This document shows positions 1-7,186 of a DNA stretch of 45,438 nucleotides, in pieces (position 1 is the stretch's first letter; each line of letters opens with the position of its first letter). This DNA comes from Alphaproteobacteria bacterium. Lineage in GTDB: Bacteria; Pseudomonadota; Alphaproteobacteria; Rs-D84. The translations under genes and the position numbers were made by a program. The stretch spans positions 1 through 45,438 of the forward strand of contig JAKSTB010000001.1 of the NCBI GenBank assembly GCA_024402815.1. The letters are read 5' to 3'. Under the pieces are notes generated by a model. The model saw nothing but the letters and a program-made list of their open reading frames with translations. It did no database searches and was not told the origin of the DNA.

Positions 1-1238
1 CGTTCAATAGACAACACAGATGTTAAATAATCAACATCACTGATTTGCTTTTTATTATTGTCATCACCATATTCGTTTGCCCAATCGACAACATTTTTAA
101 TCAAAACATCCACAGGTAACGTGGCAATATATTCTTTGGACCACCATTCCAATTTTTTCATATCAAACAAAGATCCAGATGCAGGTATTTTCTTTGGACG
201 CAATTCATAATCCCAGAAAGATTTAACCTGACCTTTTAATTTGGCCTCTTCATAACCCGGTGCCAAAATATTACCCAAATATTCAATCACAGCACCCGTT
301 GGCCACCCCTGTTCCAAGAAAAACGCAACATTATTTTCAGGGTCTTTACGTTTTGACATCTTTCTTTGTTTGCCGGTTTCTTCATCAATTTTATCCAATG
401 TCGCGGTATGAATATAATTTGGTAATTGCCATCCCATCATACGAAACATTTGAATATGCAATGCAACAGTTCCAAAATATTCTTCACCACGAACTACGTG
501 GGTAATGCGCATAAAATGATCATCAACCAAATGCGCGAAATGGTATGTCGGCAATCTGTCCGTAGATTTAATTAAAACTATGTCTTCATTATTTTCAGGC
601 ACAGATATAGACCCACGAACAAAATCTTTGAAATAAATTCTGTTTTCAGGATTACCCATAGAATACAGACGAATCGTTGGGGTTTCACCATTATCCAAAT
701 GTTTGATAATATCTTCTTCGCTTATATCTCTGTCACGTGCAAATTCACCATAAATCCCTGTCGCCATACCCGCAGCACTTTGCTTTTCACGAATAGAATC
801 CATTTCTTCTTGACTTAAAAAGCAAGGATATGCCAAACCGCGTTCCAATAAATACGCAACAACAGAATGGTAAATATCTTTTCTTTGTGATTGATAGTAC
901 GGACCATAATCGGACAAACCATTATCATTTCTTATTCCAAACTTTGCCAAAGAATTTATAACGATATCGACAGCTTCTTTGATTTCGCGTTTTGTATCTG
1001 TATCTTCTATGCGTAACAAAAACACACCATTTGATTGGTTTGCCAATTTATAATCAATCAATGCACTGTATAAATTTCCCAAATGCATATAACCCGTTGG
1101 ACTTGGGGCAAATCTGGTTACCAATGTCCCATCTGGTAATTGGCGTGGTGGAAATTTACTTTCCAATTCATCCAAAGTATATTTTGGTGCCCCACCCAAT
1201 ACACGTGCTATTAAATCTTTTGATAATCCATTACGCAT
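1..1238 (-). CDS. gltX: glutamate--tRNA ligase (3' end runs off the window edge)
   Basis: Absent from the ORF track because it has no stop inside the window. My reverse-strand translation from the ATG at 1238 gives MRNGLSKDLIARVLGGAPKYTLDELESKFPPRQLPDGTLVTRFAPSPTGYMHLGNLYSALIDYKLANQSNGVFLLRIEDTDTKRE... This carries the class I HIGH signature (PSPTGYMHLGN) and the LRIEDTD motif typical of GluRS. Confidence 0.9.
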   Translation of the reverse strand, partial: MRNGLSKDLIARVLGGAPKYTLDELESKFPPRQLPDGTLVTRFAPSPTGYMHLGNLYSALIDYKLANQSNGVFLLRIEDTDTKREIKEAVDIVINSLAKFGIRNDNGLSDYGPYYQSQRKDIYHSVVAYLLERGLAYPCFLSQEEMDSIREKQSAAGMATGIYGEFARDRDISEEDIIKHLDNGETPTIRLYSMGNPENRIYFKDFVRGSISVPENNEDIVLIKSTDRLPTYHFAHLVDDHFMRITHVVRGEEYFGTVALHIQMFRMMGWQLPNYIHTATLDKIDEETGKQRKMSKRKDPENNVAFFLEQGWPTGAVIEYLGNILAPGYEEAKLKGQVKSFWDYELRPKKIPASGSLFDMKKLEWWSKEYIATLPVDVLIKNVVDWANEYGDDNNKKQISDVDYLTSVLSIE

Positions 1239-1286
1239 TTTTATTTCACCCTTGTTTTTATAATGAACTGATTTTATACTAATTAT

Positions 1287-1961
1287 ATGGAAAAACAAGA
1301 ATTAAAACATTTTGAACAAAATGAATTGCGAACCTTTGGTCGCAGACACGGGAAAAAATTATCCATGCGTAAAACGTGGCTGATGGATAATTTATTACCA
1401 AAATTAGCACCAAAAGCTGACGAATACGGCAAAAATCCAATGATTTTAGAGATTGGATTTGGTAACGGCGAACACCTGCGAGAATTGGCAATAAACAATT
1501 CAAATTCCATAGTAATCGGGGCAGAACCCTTTGCAAATGGGGTCGCAGCATTATTATCCGCCATTACAACCGAATCGGATAATACCTTGATACCCGAATA
1601 CAAAAACATTCGTATTTTTCCAGACGATGTGCGTTTATTATTAAAAAACGATGGTTTTAAAAATGTAAAATTTGCACAAATCTGGGTATTACACCCTGAT
1701 CCTTGGCCAAAGGCAAAACACGAAAAAAGACGTTTGTTGAATCATGACTTTTTGAATTTATTGTCATCTAAATTATACAGGGATGGGAAAATCATAATTG
1801 GGACAGATCATTGGGAATATTATGATTGGATTGTTGAACAATTAAAACAGACAAATTTACAAATAAAATCTACATCTTTGGATATCATAAAAACCAGATA
1901 CCAAATAAAAAACAAGGCCGGCACAACAGAACCTAAATATTTGATTTTAGACAATATTTAA
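1287..1961 (+). CDS. trmB: tRNA (guanine-N7)-methyltransferase
   Basis: 224 aa. Has the SAM-binding EIGFGNGEHL motif and the HPDPWPKAKHEKRR motif characteristic of TrmB. Confidence 0.9.
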   Translation: MEKQELKHFEQNELRTFGRRHGKKLSMRKTWLMDNLLPKLAPKADEYGKNPMILEIGFGNGEHLRELAINNSNSIVIGAEPFANGVAALLSAITTESDNTLIPEYKNIRIFPDDVRLLLKNDGFKNVKFAQIWVLHPDPWPKAKHEKRRLLNHDFLNLLSSKLYRDGKIIIGTDHWEYYDWIVEQLKQTNLQIKSTSLDIIKTRYQIKNKAGTTEPKYLILDNI

Positions 1962-2650
1962 GATTCTATAAAAACATGTATTTTGTCGACCAATTCTGGC
2001 TTTTCTGTCTCTGCTAATCTTATAACCTGGTCTATGTGATAAAAATCATTTTTCAAAATTAAATGCAAATCGCCGATAAAATCCCAATTTTTCAACATAG
2101 TAAAAATTCGGCCTATGAATTTAGAATTTTTACCTGAATTATCTTCGCTGGAATAAATACCAAAGGCGGTGGCCCTGATTTCGCGCAATTTTTTAAATAT
2201 CAAATTCCAATCAGATATTTCTATTTTATCTATATCCATAATTATGCTTAATTCATGCCAAAAGAACAATCCGTCCCTTATCACAGACATAGTATTTATA
2301 AATTTTTCAAAATTATTCATGTCCAAAAATATTTGAACCCCGTGTGCGCCCTGCTTTTGAACATCTGATATATTCTTGGATATTTCGGAAAAAGCATTTT
2401 CAAAAGATTGCCCGATTGTTGAAAAATTATACCGCGTCAATATTTTTACATCTGTCTTTTCAAGGCACGCCCACAAAAAAGAAACCGTTTCAGGTGGCAC
2501 AGAAACCACAGGTATTTTCTTTTCCAAAATCAAATTTGCAATTCCCGCCATATCAGTCGTATCTTGGACAGCATTACACCACAGGGCAATTCTTTGATCG
2601 TTTTCAAAAAAAATTTCATTTGGTTCAATCATTTGATTCCAGTTTATCAT
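1958..2650 (-). CDS. hypothetical protein (no confident family)
   Basis: Long ORF. The track start at 2695 is a GTG that overlaps the divergent gene; I prefer the ATG at 2650 (MINWNQMIEPNE...). Its stop overlaps the trmB stop (TTAA at 1958-1961). It resembles the alternating beta/alpha pattern of DeoC-type aldolases only weakly (PVVSVPPETVSFLWACLEKTDVKILTRYNF), and no catalytic Lys is recognisable. Confidence 0.55.
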   Translation of the reverse strand: MINWNQMIEPNEIFFENDQRIALWCNAVQDTTDMAGIANLILEKKIPVVSVPPETVSFLWACLEKTDVKILTRYNFSTIGQSFENAFSEISKNISDVQKQGAHGVQIFLDMNNFEKFINTMSVIRDGLFFWHELSIIMDIDKIEISDWNLIFKKLREIRATAFGIYSSEDNSGKNSKFIGRIFTMLKNWDFIGDLHLILKNDFYHIDQVIRLAETEKPELVDKIHVFIES

Positions 2651-2674
2651 AAAATATGATACAATTAAACCGAA

Positions 2675-3607
2675 ATGAGAAAATTTTTTGAACACCTTTT
2701 GTTATCTATATTGTTGATCATGTCCGTTGTGTTGGGAATGACCTTTTGGTTGAACACAAAATTTGGGTTTAACCTGCTGTCTGCAAAGCACTGGCAAGAA
2801 TTGGCTTCGCTTCAGGCCGCCCACACACCGATTGATAAAACTTTCTATATATCTTTGGGTGTTGGCGTATTTATATTGATATTCGGGTTGTATTTAATAT
2901 TCCGCCCACGTTTCAGAAAATTACCAAAACCTGTGATTTCTCAACAACCAATTCCACAACAACCCGTAGTTGTACAAAAACAACCCGAACCCAAACAGGT
3001 TCAACAAACCCAACCTGTGCAAAACACGCAACCTGAACCTCAACCCCAGGAACAAGATGTACCTGTGTCTGCCCTGATGAACAGACCACCAAAATTAAAT
3101 CTGCCAAAAAACATGGAGGCTTTGGCCCAAAATAATTATATGAAACAACAAAATTCTGTATCAGACAATAATGTTTCCCAACAAAATACAACTATATACG
3201 ACCAAGAATTACGCGATATATTTGAACAAAACAGTTATGTGGTTAAACCTAATTTGACGATCTCAGGATTAAAAACGAATTTATTTGCGATTGGTAATCA
3301 CGAAGTTTTGTGGATGGGTGCGGTTGATTGTGATATGAATAAACTGAAAGCCTCAATCGGTAAATTAAGGGATTTGTTTGAAGAAACACTGGAAGATATT
3401 CCAATCAATATATTTGCATTCATATTGGATACAAAGAACGTCTATACCCCCAGCGATGACATAATGGTATTCCATTCAATTGAAGAAATATCTGAATTTA
3501 TCTCTAATAACCCGGCTGATAACATAGACGAAGACGAAAAAGAAAATTTTGATGCATATTCAGATTATATTGATAATATAATATCTATGGCACCGCATCT
3601 TATGTAG
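2675..3607 (+). CDS. hypothetical membrane protein with P/Q-rich linker
   Basis: 310 aa. Two N-terminal hydrophobic helices (LLLSILLIMSVVLGMTFWL, FYISLGVGVFILIFGLYLIF), then a low-complexity tract (QQPIPQQPVVVQKQPEPKQVQQTQPVQNTQPEPQPQEQ), a roughly 170-aa globular C-terminal part and an acidic tail (DNIDEDEKENFDAYSDYID). Confidence 0.6.
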   Translation: MRKFFEHLLLSILLIMSVVLGMTFWLNTKFGFNLLSAKHWQELASLQAAHTPIDKTFYISLGVGVFILIFGLYLIFRPRFRKLPKPVISQQPIPQQPVVVQKQPEPKQVQQTQPVQNTQPEPQPQEQDVPVSALMNRPPKLNLPKNMEALAQNNYMKQQNSVSDNNVSQQNTTIYDQELRDIFEQNSYVVKPNLTISGLKTNLFAIGNHEVLWMGAVDCDMNKLKASIGKLRDLFEETLEDIPINIFAFILDTKNVYTPSDDIMVFHSIEEISEFISNNPADNIDEDEKENFDAYSDYIDNIISMAPHLM

Positions 3608-3636
3608 TAATGTAACGTAACAAAGGGATAACACAA

Positions 3637-4143
3637 ATGCAATTCAACCAAGATTCTGCAATGGCGAGATTAAGTTCTCTTGGTATGGATGATATGCCTG
3701 TTATGGAATACACACCCAAACGTTCTTGTGTGGACAAAGATTGGTTTAAAACCTATTCCATGTTGCGTCATGAATTTATGTCATCATTAACAGATTCTTT
3801 TGAAGAAATCGCTTTTATGAATTTATCCCAAGATGAATTTATGAATTTAATTATGGGCAAACAAATGCCAGAAAACACATCTATCAGATTCAGGATTCCT
3901 TTAACCTTGGGTGGCGAATTAAGCGTTGATAATATGTTTATGTGTTTGACTTTTCCACACAGTCAAAACTTGGACAGATTTATAATAGAACAAAGTGATG
4001 CAACAAAACTGTTTTTACCAAACCCAGAAAAAAAGATTTATGTAACAACTCATTTGGCTGGTGGTGGTGATGGCGGTAACGCTACATCCGACAGATTAAG
4101 TGTTTCCGCTATGAATTTTGCTGGTGGCAGAGGAAACGAATAA
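3637..4143 (+). CDS. hypothetical protein with possible degenerate HNH-like core
   Basis: 168 aa, with AAGGGA upstream of the ATG. The segment IRFRIPLTLGGELSVDNMFMCLTFPH resembles the HNH pattern HH-x-x-P-x-x-x-GG-x5-N-x3-C-x4-H, but F-R replaces the His-His dyad. The C-terminus is Gly-rich (GGGDGGNATSDRLSVSAMNFAGGRGNE). Confidence 0.5.
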   Translation: MQFNQDSAMARLSSLGMDDMPVMEYTPKRSCVDKDWFKTYSMLRHEFMSSLTDSFEEIAFMNLSQDEFMNLIMGKQMPENTSIRFRIPLTLGGELSVDNMFMCLTFPHSQNLDRFIIEQSDATKLFLPNPEKKIYVTTHLAGGGDGGNATSDRLSVSAMNFAGGRGNE

Positions 4144-4144
4144 C

Positions 4145-4579
4145 ATGACGAAACAAGAATTTTTATCTTTTATGAAATCACGTGGTGCAACATTTACACC
4201 ACCTGCAACGCAGACCGAAATTACTTTGGCATCGGCAAATTTACAGGGCATACGCGCTGCAATGTTGCCTACGTTTTTGGTTGATTTATATAATTCTTGT
4301 TCTGGAATTATATTGGGATCTGCATATATTTTTGGACCAAAACAAATTGAACGTGATATAAAATATCATGTTCCATCTATATTGGATATAAACAAAGATG
4401 TATCTGGAAATAAAAATTTATTCGGCAAAACCGTATTCGGCCGTAATGATTTATTTTGGTTTGCAGTTGATGCATTGGGTAATTGCGTTATGTTGGATAA
4501 TTTAACTTTGTCCGTGATGCGCAAATATGATGATCCATATCGCGCAATGATAGATTGTTTGGTCGTTGGGAAAATTTAA
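4145..4579 (+). CDS. SMI1/KNR4 (SUKH)-like protein, putative immunity protein
   Basis: The ATG at 4145 lies 1 nt after the upstream stop; the track start at 4118 would overlap. Two SUKH-1-like segments are present: AAMLPTFLVDLYNSCSGIILGSAYIFG and FGRNDLFWFAVDALGNCVMLD. Size is about 144 aa. Assigned by eye only. Confidence 0.5.
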   Translation: MTKQEFLSFMKSRGATFTPPATQTEITLASANLQGIRAAMLPTFLVDLYNSCSGIILGSAYIFGPKQIERDIKYHVPSILDINKDVSGNKNLFGKTVFGRNDLFWFAVDALGNCVMLDNLTLSVMRKYDDPYRAMIDCLVVGKI

Positions 4580-4582
4580 TTT

Positions 4583-4795
4583 ATGCATAAAATATCTGTA
4601 TCTTTGTCGGGACATCAAACCAGTATTTCACTGGAACAGGAATTTTTTGATTGCCTGCAAAATATTGCAAAGGAACAAAATGTTTCGATTGCATCTATTA
4701 TAAAATCAATTGATGACACCAGATCCCCAGATACTAATCTTTCTTCTGAAATACGGATATGGATATTGAAGCAATTATTGAAAAAGCTAAAATAA
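4583..4795 (+). CDS. ribbon-helix-helix domain protein (RHH_4-like)
   Basis: 70 aa. The pattern SVSLSGHQTSISLEQEFFDCLQNIAKEQNVSIASIIKSIDDTR...NLSSEIRIWIL matches the alphaproteobacterial RHH_4 pattern (GH-TS-sLE..F...L..iA......l..li..iD..R...NLSSaiRvfvL). Confidence 0.75.
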   Translation: MHKISVSLSGHQTSISLEQEFFDCLQNIAKEQNVSIASIIKSIDDTRSPDTNLSSEIRIWILKQLLKKLK

Positions 4796-6749
4796 TCATC
4801 ATCCATAAATTCCGCCCTAATCTTCTATACAGCGCTTCATGCGCACCCCACACAAACCCATCCAAAGAACCATTTTGTCCAACCGGCATCCATGATTCGA
4901 CCTTTCCATCACTGGCGACAAAAGCGCTGATTCCCGAATAATTCGCACGGATAACAGGAACCCCAGATTCAATCGCATAACGTTTCACCATATCCAGATG
5001 CTGAAATACCCCCGGTGTTAAACCAAACCAAGTATCATTTGTAATATTGATAATTGCATTTGGTGTAATACGATTTGGAATCAAAGAATCTGAAAATATA
5101 ATTTCATAACAAATCGCGGGTGCAAAAACAAAATCACCACGTTGTGTATTTATAACTATCAGTTCTGGACCATTGCCCGCCTCTAATTGTCCAGGTGTTG
5201 GAATTATATCACCAAATGGGCGATATTCACCGAACGGAACTAAATGAGATTTGCTGTATAAATTATCAATCACACCAGATTTGTTTGCCACAACCATAGA
5301 GTTATACATTTTGCCATCTGCATAATGATTCACACCCATAACCACATTTGTATTTAATATGTGTGACAATGGGAATTTATCATCTACAACCACATATGGA
5401 TAAGTTGTTTCTGGATAAACAATAATATCAGGTTTGTTTGTTTTGTCGGCGGTTGCCCAAACAAATAAATCGCGAACCTTTTGGTCGGCCTGTTGTTGTG
5501 CCTCTGCCCTTGTCTTTGGCATTTTGTACACGGCAGATTCAGCGGGTTGCACAATTCTAATCAAAGGCAAATTATCCATATTTACATTATCAATTTTTTT
5601 CATATTGTGATATCCATAAACACATCCAACCACGAACAAAGAAACAAACATTAAAAATATAACCCAACAAGATTTGCATTTTTTGTTTTTCAAAATTTCA
5701 ACCAAAGAAGCAACCAACCCAATGATAACAAAAGTCAATCCCAATGCACCCCACATCGCCATAGAATTAGCGACCATTGGAAAATGCATAGTTATATTTG
5801 ATACTGGATTCCATGGAAAACCTGTGAAAATCCATTCCCGTAACCATAAAACAAACATCCAAGTGGCAGTAAACAAAATAGCCCTGGGTGCCGGTTTGCG
5901 CTTTACATATCTAATAACCGCAAAAGGCAGAGACAAAATAATTCCGCAAATCAAACCGATTCCCAATAATCCTGGTATTGTCCAAATTGCAAATTGACGC
6001 GCCAGTTCCGGAACAACATAAATAGAATTCAAAACCCACCAAAACATAAACATCCCATAAAACGCACCGAAAGGAAATGTTATCAACCAAGATTTCATAA
6101 AACTGACATGCTTTGTTTGTTTGATTGTTAAATAATATGCACCGCCCACACCTAACGTAAACAACATCCATAAATAAAATGGTGCGAAACCAAAGGAAGC
6201 AATTCCGCCGAATACAGCATATAACACATATTGCCAAAATCCATTTTCACGTATTTTTATATTTTTTAATTTTGTTATAAATTTACCGGGGCAACAAGAT
6301 TCATCACAGCAAACAATATCTTCATCTGCATAAGGATTCTTATATCCCAATTTTTTTAATATTTTGATTTCTTTAGATTCCATAATCTTGGCTTCTTGAT
6401 CTGTTAAATGATCAAAACCCTGCAAATGTAAAATTCCATGAACAATCATATGCGCAGTATGTTCCGAGACAGATATGTTTTCTGCATCCGCTTCTTTTTT
6501 CACAGTATCTAATGATATAAAAATATCACCCAATAAAACATCATCACCCAATTCAAAAGATAACACATTTGTAGGTTTATCAAAACCGCGATATTCCCTG
6601 TTTAATTTACGAATTGTTTTATCATCAACCAATGTAATTGAAACTTCGGCATCTTTGTGTTCGGCAGAAACCGCCGCATTGGCGATTTTTTCAAAATCTA
6701 TTTTATATTTTTTCCAATTTTTATTTTCGATATTTACATATACTTTCAT
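4734..6749 (-). CDS. fusion protein: endoribonuclease YbeY (N-terminal) + apolipoprotein N-acyltransferase Lnt (C-terminal)
   Basis: One uninterrupted frame. The N-terminal ~150 aa carry the YbeY metal motif HMIVHGILHLQGFDH and end in the typical LGYKNPY. A linker ADEDIVCCDESCCPGKFITKLKNIKIRENG follows. The Lnt part has TM helices and CN-hydrolase triad contexts (VYPETTYP, SKSHLVPFGEY, APAICYEIIF). I chose the start at 6749 (MKVYVNIE...) because the track start at 6860 overlaps the mucR-like gene. Confidence 0.85.
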   Translation of the reverse strand: MKVYVNIENKNWKKYKIDFEKIANAAVSAEHKDAEVSITLVDDKTIRKLNREYRGFDKPTNVLSFELGDDVLLGDIFISLDTVKKEADAENISVSEHTAHMIVHGILHLQGFDHLTDQEAKIMESKEIKILKKLGYKNPYADEDIVCCDESCCPGKFITKLKNIKIRENGFWQYVLYAVFGGIASFGFAPFYLWMLFTLGVGGAYYLTIKQTKHVSFMKSWLITFPFGAFYGMFMFWWVLNSIYVVPELARQFAIWTIPGLLGIGLICGIILSLPFAVIRYVKRKPAPRAILFTATWMFVLWLREWIFTGFPWNPVSNITMHFPMVANSMAMWGALGLTFVIIGLVASLVEILKNKKCKSCWVIFLMFVSLFVVGCVYGYHNMKKIDNVNMDNLPLIRIVQPAESAVYKMPKTRAEAQQQADQKVRDLFVWATADKTNKPDIIVYPETTYPYVVVDDKFPLSHILNTNVVMGVNHYADGKMYNSMVVANKSGVIDNLYSKSHLVPFGEYRPFGDIIPTPGQLEAGNGPELIVINTQRGDFVFAPAICYEIIFSDSLIPNRITPNAIINITNDTWFGLTPGVFQHLDMVKRYAIESGVPVIRANYSGISAFVASDGKVESWMPVGQNGSLDGFVWGAHEALYRRLGRNLWMMIILAFSIIASISISVFQKKD

Positions 6750-6759
6750 AATACGCACC

Positions 6760-7116
6760 CTATTTTTTACCGAACCCATGTTTCTTTGCAATCTTGGAAC
6801 GTTTGTTTGCATATTTTGATGCAACGAAAGGATAATCCAAAGGCAAACCCCATTTTTCACAATATTGTTGCGGGGTTAAATTAAACTTTCTTTTGATATA
6901 CCGCTTTAACATGACGTGCCATGTACCGTCTTCAAAACATTGAATTGCATCATCAGTTACAGAATCTGCGATTTGTTCAGGGGTCAAAGAAATGCCACGC
7001 AATATCTCAGTTGCCTGTTTTACGGCATCTTTCATAGATAATTTTGGGTTTGCACCTATGGCTGCAGCCGCCAAAGTTGCCACCGCCAACGTAAATTCAG
7101 AATCTTTATTTACCAA
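6760..7116 (-). CDS. Ros/MucR family transcriptional regulator (zinc ligands largely substituted)
   Basis: 118 aa. The C-terminal segment LKRYIKRKFNLTPQQYCEKWGLPLDYPFVASKYANKRSKIAKKHGFG matches the Ros/MucR signature (LKRHL...hGLTPeeYR.KWGLP.DYPMVAP.YA..RS.LAK..GLG). TTG start preceded by AAGGA 7 nt upstream. Confidence 0.8.
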   Translation of the reverse strand: MVNKDSEFTLAVATLAAAAIGANPKLSMKDAVKQATEILRGISLTPEQIADSVTDDAIQCFEDGTWHVMLKRYIKRKFNLTPQQYCEKWGLPLDYPFVASKYANKRSKIAKKHGFGKK

Positions 7117-7186
7117 TTGATAATCCTTTGATTATTTAATACAATAATTATATCACAAATAAATATCAAATAAAATAAAAGTAAAA

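Noticed and set aside
260-1609. Track ORFs 260-505, 992-1282 (+) and 1279-1609 (-)
   Set aside because: They are antisense to or out of frame with gltX (1-1238, minus) and trmB (1287-1961, plus), which both have clear family motifs.
6750-6860. N-terminal 37-codon extension of the ybeY-lnt ORF
   Set aside because: It would overlap the MucR-like gene by about 100 nt. The ATG at 6749 gives a canonical YbeY N-terminus (MKVYVNIE...).
7110-7135. 6-bp inverted repeat ATAATC-n4-GATTAT overlapping the MucR-like gene RBS and TTG start
   Set aside because: The stem is short and AT-only in AT-rich DNA, so it is not distinguishable from chance without conservation data.
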